DNA of 64,000 nucleotides from an uncultured delta proteobacterium (GTDB lineage: Bacteria; Desulfobacterota; Desulfobacteria; Desulfobacterales; UBA2156), in the NCBI GenBank assembly GCA_963736855.1, contig CAVTQK010000023.1, forward strand, positions 32,001-96,000. Direction: 5' to 3'. The notes under the pieces are model-generated. The model had not been told where the DNA came from, searched no databases, and saw nothing but the letters and a program-made list of their open reading frames with translations. Made by a program: the position numbers and the translations under genes. Shown here piece after piece: positions 20,392 to 29,545 of this stretch. The number at the start of each line of letters is the position of its first letter. Within the stretch, counting starts at the first letter, position 1.

Positions 20392-21960
20392 TCAGAAAGA
20401 CCCCCGAGTTCCGGGAGTGCCGATCCTGGGAGTGATGATCACCACAAGCTCTGAAACGCTTTGGGTCTCGTTCCGGTTTTTGAAAAGGGCGCCGATGATA
20501 GGGATACGGCTCAAATAAGGAATCCCTTCCTCTTCCAGGTTCCGCTCCCTGCGGATCAATCCCGCGAGAACAACGCTCTGGCCTTCTCTTGCCCGGATCA
20601 TGGTTCCCATCTGTCTGAGATCGATGATGGGGTTCCGGATATGCTGTATTCCGCCTCCAACCGTGGGGAGTTCCACGATGGCCTCTCCCTGAAGATTGGT
20701 GATGGATGGGACCACATGGAGCAGGACCTCCCCTTCCTCGGTAATGTGGGGGGTGATGCCGAGCTGAAGCCCCAGCAGGGCCCGTTTGATGCTGGAGTCG
20801 AAAATGATAGTCCCCTCCTCGCTGACGGAGACCCCTTCCACATCCCCGAAGGGGAACTGGCTCCCGATGGTGATGACCGCCGATTGACCGTTCATGACCA
20901 GAAGGTAAGGGTTGGAAAGAACTTTCACTTCTCCCTGGGTCTGAAGAAAATCGATGAGGGCGTCAACGCCGAAAATACTCACGCCGATGGCGCCCCCTGT
21001 TCCTACGGAACCGATGTCCGCCCCCTGGCCGGTGCCGATGCCGACGCCCAAATTCTGCACGAGTCTAAAGGCCCCTTCTCTCCCGAAAAGGGAAAAGCGA
21101 CTTGCCAAATCCCACTGAATACCGATCTGGGTCTGATCCCCAAAACGCACTTCCAGAATCCTGGCCTCGATCAACACCTGGCTCATGACCATCTTCCGGA
21201 CCTCCAGGACAATCCTGCGCATCCTGGCCATATGGGAGGGCCTGTCGGAAATGTACACCGTGCCCGAGGCAGGCTGGACAACCACGACTCCCTCAGAGGA
21301 TTTCATGGCCGTCAGAGATGCTCCGAGTTGAGCCCAGAGATTGGTTTCCTCCTTGGCTTCCGTGGAAGCGACGGTGAATTCGCCGATGATGCTCGAGGAC
21401 CCGCCTCCGCCCGATGAGGCGCCGCCTCCGCTCACCGAGGCGCCGCCGAGGATATCTCCTCCCACCTTGGTGGTGGTAAGCCGTGGAGTCTTAAGGTAAT
21501 CCAACCTGAAAAACGCCTCCTCATGCCGCAGCACCCTGATGGTGAGGCCTTCGATGGAGTAGAAAAAGTCGGCGCCTTCGATAATCACGGTATGCAATGC
21601 CTCTTCCAGCGTGGCATGCTTCAAATGCACATAGATGGGGATATTGATGTCCACGTTGGGCGCAATGAAGAGCCCCATGCTGCTGTCTTCCGCCAAGGCC
21701 TGTAAGACCTGGCTCAAAGGGGCGCCGTCAAAGTGAAGGGAGAAGAGCCTGGGCTTGCCGGCCGGAGGGGGCAGATAGGGTGTCAGCTTTTCCTCCATAG
21801 AGGAAGGACCGATGGGAGCCGGCCTCTTGGCAGCCTCCAGATATGCGCTCGGAAGGGGCTCCTTAAAGGCATACTTCTCCTTTTGTCCGGTAGCGCATCC
21901 GATGGCGGCTGCGGCGAAAAAAACCACGACGACTTTTAAAACTGCGGATAAACGGATCAT
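20392..21960 (-). CDS. Secretin, MshL/PilQ/GspD family (lipoprotein)
   Basis: Lipobox-like AIG|C, Gly/Ser-rich N-domain, QVLIEARILEV, NGQSAVITIG, GIPYLSRIPIIGALF, ELVVIITP. Confidence 0.92.
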   Translation of the reverse strand: MIRLSAVLKVVVVFFAAAAIGCATGQKEKYAFKEPLPSAYLEAAKRPAPIGPSSMEEKLTPYLPPPAGKPRLFSLHFDGAPLSQVLQALAEDSSMGLFIAPNVDINIPIYVHLKHATLEEALHTVIIEGADFFYSIEGLTIRVLRHEEAFFRLDYLKTPRLTTTKVGGDILGGASVSGGGASSGGGGSSSIIGEFTVASTEAKEETNLWAQLGASLTAMKSSEGVVVVQPASGTVYISDRPSHMARMRRIVLEVRKMVMSQVLIEARILEVRFGDQTQIGIQWDLASRFSLFGREGAFRLVQNLGVGIGTGQGADIGSVGTGGAIGVSIFGVDALIDFLQTQGEVKVLSNPYLLVMNGQSAVITIGSQFPFGDVEGVSVSEEGTIIFDSSIKRALLGLQLGITPHITEEGEVLLHVVPSITNLQGEAIVELPTVGGGIQHIRNPIIDLRQMGTMIRAREGQSVVLAGLIRRERNLEEEGIPYLSRIPIIGALFKNRNETQSVSELVVIITPRIGTPGTRGSF

Positions 21961-22544
21961 GAAGGATCCCCCTTTGGTTTCGATTCCTCAAGGTTCTTCT
22001 GGGACTCATCGGCGATCCCTCTGGGGAGGGGATACCTCGTAACAGAGAGTTCCTTTACTCCCTTTGGGCCTTCCAGAAGAACGGAGAAGTCTTTTATCTC
22101 CACCAGACGATAGTTTCCCAGTGTCATGCCTTTTTCAAATCTCTTGCCGTTTAAAATGGCGTAACGCTTTAATCCCCCTTCTACGGCATTGGCTACGATG
22201 ATTCCCTCGAGGCTGGGGAGAGGTTCGACAGTTTCCGGGGGTGCCGATTTTACCGGATCGATCACGGGAGGCGAAGCGATCCGCATCGCCTTTTCGTCTG
22301 TATCTTTCAGGGACAACAGGATTTCCTGTGTGTTTTTCTTCTTCTGGTTTGCATCTTCGGCGATCCGGAAGACGTGTTCCATCTTCCCGGCAATACCTCT
22401 CTCCATGGGAGCCGTTCGCGTAAAAGCGTCATCGCTGCCGGCAATGCGTGAAAACACAAAACCTCCCGCGCCGACAAAACCGACCAGGGAGATCATTGCC
22501 CAAAAAGCAACGGGGTGCCTGGTGAGAAAATCGAACACGGTCAT
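21957..22544 (-). CDS. Pilus accessory protein (MshK/PilP-like)
   Basis: Single TM and a C-terminal LEGII...YAILNG...G...LVEI beta-domain; translationally coupled to the secretin gene. Confidence 0.55.
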   Translation of the reverse strand: MTVFDFLTRHPVAFWAMISLVGFVGAGGFVFSRIAGSDDAFTRTAPMERGIAGKMEHVFRIAEDANQKKKNTQEILLSLKDTDEKAMRIASPPVIDPVKSAPPETVEPLPSLEGIIVANAVEGGLKRYAILNGKRFEKGMTLGNYRLVEIKDFSVLLEGPKGVKELSVTRYPLPRGIADESQKNLEESKPKGDPS

Positions 22545-23044
22545 TTCCCCAAATGCACTTGAAAGGTTATTGTGTGCATCAATCTACGATGAGATGATCG
22601 ATCCTGGGGCTGTGTGACGATTCTTTCCACCACAAGGCCCGGGATCTTTTCTTCCATCATCGCCAAAAGGGCTGCTACCCGGATCAGTTCTCCCGATAAC
22701 ATTGCGTCCATGGTCAGGCTTTCTTGCACCGAACCGGGTGAGGCAGGGTTCTTTTCACTCACGCCCATTTCTGTCAAACCAAGGGGCTCACAGAGTTCCC
22801 TGATCTTTTCACGCACCTGCAGGGCGCACACTTTCGGGACCTGACAGGGATACTTCAGCCCTGAAACCAGCTTTTCAATCTGATCCCCCCTCGTTCTTAA
22901 CATTTCGACCTGCCGGATAGAGGCGTGGGCTTCTTCATAGGCGTGTCGCTTTCTCACAAACCCCTCCACCCTGAAGGCAAGGAAAACGAAGGTGGCCGCA
23001 GCCCCGACCCAGAAAGTCCCTAAGAGGATCCAATGTTTAACCAT
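22541..23044 (-). CDS. PilO/MshJ/GspM-like alignment protein
   Basis: N-terminal TM, coiled segment and ferredoxin-like C-terminus; position in the operon. Confidence 0.55.
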   Translation of the reverse strand: MVKHWILLGTFWVGAAATFVFLAFRVEGFVRKRHAYEEAHASIRQVEMLRTRGDQIEKLVSGLKYPCQVPKVCALQVREKIRELCEPLGLTEMGVSEKNPASPGSVQESLTMDAMLSGELIRVAALLAMMEEKIPGLVVERIVTQPQDRSSHRRLMHTITFQVHLGK

Positions 23045-24453
23045 GGGGCGGATAGCTCCAGATCAAAAAGATAGCGTTGTTGTCCCTCTGCGGCATCGGC
23101 AGGCGCCAGGGGAAAGTGGGCGATGTCTTTTTTGGCAAGCTCCGGATCCAGGGCACTGAGTCTCTGAATGAGCGCCCTGAGCTTCACCTCCAGATCCGAG
23201 GCGTTCTCTGCCCTCAATGCAGCCTTCATCCGAACCTTGGTGCTCGAACCGAATGTGATGTCCATATCGACAAGTTCCGCATCGGCATCTTTATCTTTGA
23301 GAAGCCGGGACACGCGATAGATAAAGTGGCCGGCAGCCGGCCTCTCGTAAAATTCGGTTGCCCATTGGCTGAGCCGACTCAAGGTCTCCATTCTCTGGTG
23401 GGCTTCCTCCGCCCGCGTCTCCCAGTCGGGCCGCCAAAGGGATTTCTCCCGATGGGCATGATAGGTGAAAAGCGCAAGCAAAATGCCGATGCCGATCCAG
23501 ACAAAAATACCCGCTGCGATGCCGGCACGCACCCAAGGCCGCTGGATCAGCTCCCGCTTATTAGGGGCCGGGAGCAGGTTTACGGGCAGATTGCGCTCTG
23601 TTCCCAACCTGAGGAGCGACAGAAAGGGCGAGAGGTGGCCTCCATGGTTCAGGTAAAATCGCTCCAGCCGGTTTGTTTCGGGAAACGGCAAATCGAGGAC
23701 CTCAATTCCAAGCTCCTGGGCAAGCCCCGCCTCCCAATTCTTGGAGGAAAATTCTCCGAGAAGATAAAGGCGCTTTACAGGAACCTTTTCCTGCTGGGCA
23801 AAATAGAAGAGCGATTGGCGCAGTTCGTAGGTAATGTATTGCGCATTTTTCTCGGGATCCGCGGCGGATGGAGGCTTCAGACTTCGACAAAAGGCCAGCC
23901 GGTCTTTGTTTAATGCCCATAGGGAAAAAAGGCCCGATTGTTCCAGCAGCACACAAACCCCGTGTTCCGGAGCGGACAGTCCTGATCTGAGGAACCACTC
24001 TTTGAGAAGGAAACCGGGTGTGCTGATCAATGTCACCTGGGAGCCGGTTTTTCCGACTGCCTCCCATATTCCGATAAAGGAGGTTTCCATCACGTTGGCT
24101 ATCAGGAAACCGTGTTCGGACCCGCGGGTGGATTTTCGTAAATCGTGGAAGGGGACCAGCTTGGGAGTCTGAGCGCACTGCCTTTTCAGTATGCGCTCGG
24201 CGTATGCCCGCATAAGGCTGATCTTGGTGCCTTGGAAAGGGACCCATTCTTCCTTTGCCCATTCATCCGGCAGGATGATGGCCAGGGAGGTCGACTTGGG
24301 CAGCGCCGACTCCAGGGAAGTGCTCTCCGAGGATCCTGATCCCGGGAGTGGGAAGGGGCCGTCGACTCCGTCGTGATCCCCAGGTGTTACGACCCAGACC
24401 TTGGATTGATCAACGAACAGCACTTCCTCGAATTTAAATGCGTTGTGCGCCAA
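23020..24453 (-). CDS. PilM-PilN/GspL-like (MshI-like) fusion protein
   Basis: Cytoplasmic region with ELRQSLFYF..LYLLG, an NLLP motif before the TM, then a periplasmic domain. Confidence 0.6.
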   Translation of the reverse strand: MAHNAFKFEEVLFVDQSKVWVVTPGDHDGVDGPFPLPGSGSSESTSLESALPKSTSLAIILPDEWAKEEWVPFQGTKISLMRAYAERILKRQCAQTPKLVPFHDLRKSTRGSEHGFLIANVMETSFIGIWEAVGKTGSQVTLISTPGFLLKEWFLRSGLSAPEHGVCVLLEQSGLFSLWALNKDRLAFCRSLKPPSAADPEKNAQYITYELRQSLFYFAQQEKVPVKRLYLLGEFSSKNWEAGLAQELGIEVLDLPFPETNRLERFYLNHGGHLSPFLSLLRLGTERNLPVNLLPAPNKRELIQRPWVRAGIAAGIFVWIGIGILLALFTYHAHREKSLWRPDWETRAEEAHQRMETLSRLSQWATEFYERPAAGHFIYRVSRLLKDKDADAELVDMDITFGSSTKVRMKAALRAENASDLEVKLRALIQRLSALDPELAKKDIAHFPLAPADAAEGQQRYLFDLELSAPWLNIGSS

Positions 24454-24468
24454 CGGATCTCCTCGATC

Positions 24469-25533
24469 CTATTTGAGAATCCCACACAATCGCTCCAGTT
24501 CCTCCCGTTCGGGGGAATGATTCAGAGCGCTTTCCAACGTGATGGTGTTGGACTTAAACAATTGAAGAAGAGCCTGGTTCATGGTCTGCATGCGCGACTG
24601 AACCTGGCCCATCTGCATTTGGGAATAAAGCTGGTGAATCTGGTTTTCTCTTACAAGGTGGCGGATGGCCGGGGTGGTCAACAGAACCTCGGATACCAGA
24701 ACCCTTCCTTCCCCATCGGCCCTGGGCAGAAGAAGCTGGGAAATGATCCCTTCAAGCACAAAGGAGAGTTGCGTCCGGACCTGATGCTGTTGGTGGGGTG
24801 GAAAGACATCGATGATCCTGTTGATGGTATTGACCGCGCAACTGGTGTGAAGGGTGGCAAAGGTCAGATGCCCTGTTTCGCTGATCTGGAGGGCGGATTC
24901 AACGGTTTCCAGATCCCGCATTTCTCCGATGACCACGATGTCCGGGTCCTGCCTCAACACATGCTTGAGGGCGGGGCGGAAAGAGAGAGTGTCCGAGCCT
25001 ACCTCCCTCTGGTCGACCAGGCATCCTTTGTGTTGATGAACATATTCGATGGGATCTTCGACGGTTACGATATGGGCTTGGCGTTTCTCGTTGATGAGGT
25101 CCAGGAGAGCCGCCAGAGTGGTGGATTTGCCTGATCCGGTGGGACCCGTGACGAGGATCAGTCCGTTGGACTTCATGGCAAATTCCGTTACCACCTCGGG
25201 AAGCCCGAGATCGCCGATTTTAGGGATAAGAAACGGAATGGCCCTGAAACATCCGGCGATGCTACCGCGTTGCCAGTAGAGATTGACCCGAAATCGGCTC
25301 AGGCCGGCCATCCCAAAGGAGAAGTCAAGCTCCCGTTCCTGCATGAAGTGTTCTTTTTGTTCTGCACTCAATATTCCCAGAAGAAGTCGGGAGGTTTCTG
25401 CATGCGTTAGCGATGTGTGACTGGAGGGGAACAGCTTACCGTTGATCCTGAATTGGGGCGGGGATCCGACGGTGAGATGGAGATCGGATGCATGGCGCTC
25501 GATCATTTCCTTAAGCAGGCTTTCCAGGATCAT
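24469..25533 (-). CDS. pilT: Type IV pilus retraction ATPase PilT
   Basis: ASDLHL, GPTGSGKSTT, EDPIE, LRQDPD..GEMRD, ETGHL..TLHT, AIRHLVRE motif. Confidence 0.93.
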   Translation of the reverse strand: MILESLLKEMIERHASDLHLTVGSPPQFRINGKLFPSSHTSLTHAETSRLLLGILSAEQKEHFMQERELDFSFGMAGLSRFRVNLYWQRGSIAGCFRAIPFLIPKIGDLGLPEVVTEFAMKSNGLILVTGPTGSGKSTTLAALLDLINEKRQAHIVTVEDPIEYVHQHKGCLVDQREVGSDTLSFRPALKHVLRQDPDIVVIGEMRDLETVESALQISETGHLTFATLHTSCAVNTINRIIDVFPPHQQHQVRTQLSFVLEGIISQLLLPRADGEGRVLVSEVLLTTPAIRHLVRENQIHQLYSQMQMGQVQSRMQTMNQALLQLFKSNTITLESALNHSPEREELERLCGILK

Positions 25534-25807
25534 GGGTTATGCCGTTTCACCGGGTGTGCGCCAGATTCCAGATACGTGTTACCTAAATTGATCGTTTTCA
25601 ATTTGGCAAAAAAGAATTGTGTTTGAATATCTTTGTGTTGGAATGGAGTTGACCCTTCCAATTGCCCACCCATCGGGTGTACCATTTTCTTTATATAGGA
25701 CTTCGGTCGTTTGGGTCAAGTTAAAACCAATGGCGACTGACATTCCGATACTGAATCCGTTTGTGGGTGGCGATCCGATATCATGAACTCAAACGCGCCA
25801 AAGAGCG

Positions 25808-25850
25808 CCAAATTCATCCCCGCCATGAACGGAGGCGTATTCTGCGGCTT
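25808..25850. repeat. Possible IS200/IS605-type terminal palindrome remnant
   Basis: CCAAATTCATCCCCGCCATGAACGGAGGCGTATTCT resembles the ATTCATCCCC-hairpin-TATTCT ends of IS200/IS605-derived palindromic elements; degenerate, single copy. Confidence 0.35.
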
Positions 25851-25874
25851 TTAAAAAAGTGCTTGTAAAAACTT

Positions 25875-26063
25875 GATGGGTTCGTAAAAAGCTTTTGCAA
25901 GCGAGATTTGAACATTTTCGGAAAAAGAGATGCGAACGGCTGAGCGTTAATAATTTCAAGCTATTTGAGGCGCTTGCGCCGAGTTCTTGAAATTTAGAGA
26001 AGCCGTGAGCATTTCCCGAAAATGGTCACGAAGCGAGCAAAAATAGCTTTTTACGATTTTGTC
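25875..26063 (+). mobile_element. MITE-like element, interior type D
   Basis: GATGGGTTCGTAAAAAG...CTTTTTACGATTTTGTC; 7-bp direct repeat AAAACTT at 25868-25874 and 26064-26070; near-identical to 19942-20129. Confidence 0.85.
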
Positions 26064-26144
26064 AAAACTTGACATGCAAGCCGATTTCTGAGATTCATCA
26101 AGTTGATAAAAGGAAATTTTTTTCACTTTCAGGAAAGAAGCGCC

Positions 26145-27056
26145 ATGGCTCAGATGCTGACCACCAAAGAGGTAGCCCAGTTCTTGAATATCAACGAAAA
26201 GATGGTCTATTCCCTGGTTTCGGAAAAGGGACTCCCGGCGACCAAGATCACCGGAAAATGGATTTTTCCCAAGCATCTCGTGGAACAGTGGATCGAAGCC
26301 AACATCCTTAACTACCCCGAGGCCAGAACCCCCCTTCCTCCTTATCAGGGGATCCTCATTTTTGCGGGAAGCAATGACCCGCTTCTCGAAAAGACCCTTT
26401 TTCTGTTCAACCGGACCCACGCCGGCCATATCGCGGTTTTCGGGAATGTGGGAAGCATGGGAGGACTTCAAGCCTTACGACAGAATCGTTGCCATATCGC
26501 CACCAGCCACCTCCTCCAGGATGATGAAACCGATTACAATTTTGATTTTGCCTCCCGGGAGCTCAATAACATGCCGGCGATCATCAACTTCTGCCGGCGG
26601 GAACAGGGGATTCTCGTTCAGAAGGAAAACCCGAAAAAAATTCAATCGGTTTCCGATTTCTGCAGGTCGGAAATCCAAATTGTCAACCGCCCCCCTGGAA
26701 CCGGCACCCGTCTGTTGCTGGATCGGGAACTTTCCAAAGCCGGGATCCCGACGAAAAAGGTGAAAGGCTATGACCATGAAGTGCAGGGCCACATTCCGGT
26801 GGGCCTGGAAATCCTTTCGGGACAAGCAGATGCCGGGCCGGCGATCCGTGCCGTGGCCTCCATGCTCGATCTGGATTTCATTCCGTTACGCTGGGAAAGA
26901 TACGACCTGATGATCGTCAAAGACCGCTTCTTCGATGAGGGTGTCCAGCTCTTTTTAGGATTCCTTCATGAAGATACGTTCAGGCAAGCTGCGGCACAGC
27001 TTTCGGGCTATGATTTGAGTCTGACCGGTAAGATGGTCTACCCGATAACACCCTGA
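26145..27056 (+). CDS. Excisionase-type HTH + PBP-like molybdate/tungstate-sensing regulator (TaoR-like)
   Basis: LTTKEVAQFLNINEKMVY..GLPATKITGKW (HTH_17) fused to AGSNDP...GSMGGL...NRPPGTGTR...ERYDL (PBP_like). Confidence 0.85.
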   Translation: MAQMLTTKEVAQFLNINEKMVYSLVSEKGLPATKITGKWIFPKHLVEQWIEANILNYPEARTPLPPYQGILIFAGSNDPLLEKTLFLFNRTHAGHIAVFGNVGSMGGLQALRQNRCHIATSHLLQDDETDYNFDFASRELNNMPAIINFCRREQGILVQKENPKKIQSVSDFCRSEIQIVNRPPGTGTRLLLDRELSKAGIPTKKVKGYDHEVQGHIPVGLEILSGQADAGPAIRAVASMLDLDFIPLRWERYDLMIVKDRFFDEGVQLFLGFLHEDTFRQAAAQLSGYDLSLTGKMVYPITP

Positions 27057-27080
27057 TCCCGGCGTTTCTTTCCTAAAAGA

Positions 27081-27200
27081 CTATCCCCAGGTAACGCGGG
27101 GAGCGTTCCGTAACGGAAGTCGATGATATTGAAATTTCGGGTATCCGATCATCATGGCTCCGAAGCTGACATGTTCTTCCGGAAGACTCAGAGCTTTTAA
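27081..27200 (-). pseudogene. 3' remnant of a nitroreductase-family gene
   Basis: 39-aa tail LKALSLPEEHVSFGAMMIGYPKFQYHRLPLRNAPRVTWG* resembles the C-terminus of ferredoxin-fused nitroreductases; the sequence upstream in this frame is only antisense to the cyclase gene. Confidence 0.65.
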
Positions 27201-27213
27201 CTTTGAAAACCCG

Positions 27214-29361
27214 GTGAAGCCTTCCTCTTTTAATTTCAAAAAACAAAAGCTGGGTGCGGGTGCAGCCCTGGTAGCCGCTTCCCTGTTCATCAGCTTCATA
27301 TTGTACTCCATCGGCCCGGTCAAGCCCCTTTCCCTCAGGGCGCTGGACCTCGCCTTCCGCCATCTCCCTCTGTCACCACCCCATGAGGATATTCTCATCA
27401 TCACCATCGACCAGCCCGATATCGATTTTTTCAAAGAACAGGGCATCTTCTGGCCGTGGCCCCGTCAGCTCTATGCCGGTATCATTGACTTCTGCCGGAT
27501 CGGAGGAGCAAGAGCAATCCTTTTCGATATTCTATTCACCGAACCGTCTTCTTACGGTTTCAAAGATGATGAGAAGTTGGCCCGTTCCGCTGCCGAATTC
27601 AAACACGTTGCATTTCCCTTTTTTCTTTCCAAAGAGATAAAAGAGGCAGAAGCCCAGGAAACGGATTTCCTCGCCAAGGCAAGCCTGTCCATGGACCCTG
27701 CGGCCTCCGGCGCTTCTTCACCATACCATTCTGTTGTCATGCCAATTCAGGAGCTTGTGGCAGCATCGGGAGCCTTGGGAAACGTTTCGGGAGACCCGGA
27801 TCCGGATGGCACATTCCGTCGTCTTCATCCGGTCATTCTTTTCAAAGATCGGTGGCTTCCGGCACTCCCCCTTTCGGGTTTCAGCCGATTCAGGAAAGAA
27901 AGCTCCTGGCGATTGGAAGAAAACGCTCTAGTCCAGGGATCGTACCGCATCCCCCTGGATTCCCAGGGACGTTGCATCCTCAATTTCCGCGGCCCTTCCA
28001 GAACATATAAACGATTGGGCGCCGCCAATGTCATTCAGTCCGAAATCCGTCGCTCTCAGGGCGTCTCTCCCATTTATGCGCCTGAAACTATCCGGGGCAA
28101 ATGGGTACTCGTAGGCCTGACAGCCCCGGGCCTGATGGATTTAAAGGCATCTCCGGTAGGCGAAATCTATTCCGGTGTGGAAATTCACGCCACCTTCCTG
28201 GATAATCTTCTGTCAGGGGATTTCCTAAAAACCGCATCCCCCGCCTTTTCATGGTTACTGACAGGACTAACGGCCGTTGGCGTGGTTGCCTCCGTGCTCT
28301 GGGCTTCCGAATTTCTGATCACTGTAGCCGTACCCTTTCTATTCATATTAGGGAACATAGGCATTACCGTTACCGCCTTTCCCCAAAACTGGTGGATCGA
28401 CCCGATCCTTCCGGCTTCCACGATCTTTATTACATTCTTTTTTACCGCAGCCTATAGTTACGCCACTGAGGGAAGGCAGAAAAAAGCCATCCGAAGTATG
28501 TTCGGCCATTACCTGTCGGAATCCGTAATCAGTCATCTTTTAGTCGACCCGAAACGGTTACAGCTCGGCGGAGAACGGAAACGGGTCACCCTTTTTTTTT
28601 CCGATCTGGCGGGTTTTACTTCCCTGTCTGAGCGTTTAGAACCGGAAGCCGTGGTCAGCCTTCTGAACCAATACCTATCCGTCATGACCGAAATCATCCT
28701 GCAAGAAGCGGGGACGTTAGATAAGTTCGAGGGGGACGCCATCATGGCCTTCTGGGGGGCTCCCCTGATTCAGCCGGATCAGGCGGTGCTGGCCTGCCGT
28801 GCCGCTTTGCGCCAGCAGGAAGCCATGAAAGAACTGAATCAAAGACTCTCCGAGCAGGTTCTTCCGGATTTACATATGCGTATCGGTATACACACCGGAG
28901 AAGCGGTAGTGGGAAATTTAGGTTCCGAGAGGCGGTTTGATTTCACGGTTATCGGTGATACCGTAAACCTGGCTTCACGGCTGGAAGGACTCAATAAATA
29001 CTATGGAACCGGAATTCTCGTCAGCGAAGTCACGTTTCAAGAGTGTCGGGATGCCTTAGAGTTCATGGAGATCGACCGCGTAGCTGTCAAAGGAAGGGGG
29101 ACGCCTATCACCGTTTTCACCCCCCTGTCACTCAAAGAGGAACTCTCCGAGTCCCAGGCAGAGCTTAAGGGAGAATTCGAAAAGGCGTTAAACTTCTATC
29201 GCCTGAAAAAATTCGAAGCAGCCGCAGCCGGTTATGAGGCCGTCGTCCGGAAATGGCCTCATGTGAGCGCGGCCAAAGTCATGTGGGAACGGTGCCGCCA
29301 TTTACTGGATCATCCTGTGCCTGAAGATTGGGATGCGGTCTTTCGGCCGGATCAAAAATAG
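27214..29361 (+). CDS. CHASE2-domain class III adenylate/guanylate cyclase
   Basis: WPWPR, FDILF, DPDGTFRR, GVEIHA (CHASE2); three TMs; FFSDLAGFT, DKFEGDA, GIHTG, GDTVNLASRLEG catalytic core with ATP-specifying K and a C-terminal TPR-like tail. GTG 27214 preferred over ATG 27154, which lies within the nitroreductase remnant. Confidence 0.92.
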   Translation: MKPSSFNFKKQKLGAGAALVAASLFISFILYSIGPVKPLSLRALDLAFRHLPLSPPHEDILIITIDQPDIDFFKEQGIFWPWPRQLYAGIIDFCRIGGARAILFDILFTEPSSYGFKDDEKLARSAAEFKHVAFPFFLSKEIKEAEAQETDFLAKASLSMDPAASGASSPYHSVVMPIQELVAASGALGNVSGDPDPDGTFRRLHPVILFKDRWLPALPLSGFSRFRKESSWRLEENALVQGSYRIPLDSQGRCILNFRGPSRTYKRLGAANVIQSEIRRSQGVSPIYAPETIRGKWVLVGLTAPGLMDLKASPVGEIYSGVEIHATFLDNLLSGDFLKTASPAFSWLLTGLTAVGVVASVLWASEFLITVAVPFLFILGNIGITVTAFPQNWWIDPILPASTIFITFFFTAAYSYATEGRQKKAIRSMFGHYLSESVISHLLVDPKRLQLGGERKRVTLFFSDLAGFTSLSERLEPEAVVSLLNQYLSVMTEIILQEAGTLDKFEGDAIMAFWGAPLIQPDQAVLACRAALRQQEAMKELNQRLSEQVLPDLHMRIGIHTGEAVVGNLGSERRFDFTVIGDTVNLASRLEGLNKYYGTGILVSEVTFQECRDALEFMEIDRVAVKGRGTPITVFTPLSLKEELSESQAELKGEFEKALNFYRLKKFEAAAAGYEAVVRKWPHVSAAKVMWERCRHLLDHPVPEDWDAVFRPDQK

Positions 29362-29545
29362 AGTTTCCATCAATCGACAATGGTGTACCGAGGATCAGGC
29401 AATTAATAAAATTCAGGTGAGAGCCATGCTTTTTAATCTTTAGTCCCCTTGAATTTAAAAGCCCTTATAGACTATAACCGAACTAACGTTATGTCTTGAA
29501 CGGAAATCGATTTCCCCCGATCGTCAATGGGAAAATCAAGGAGAG

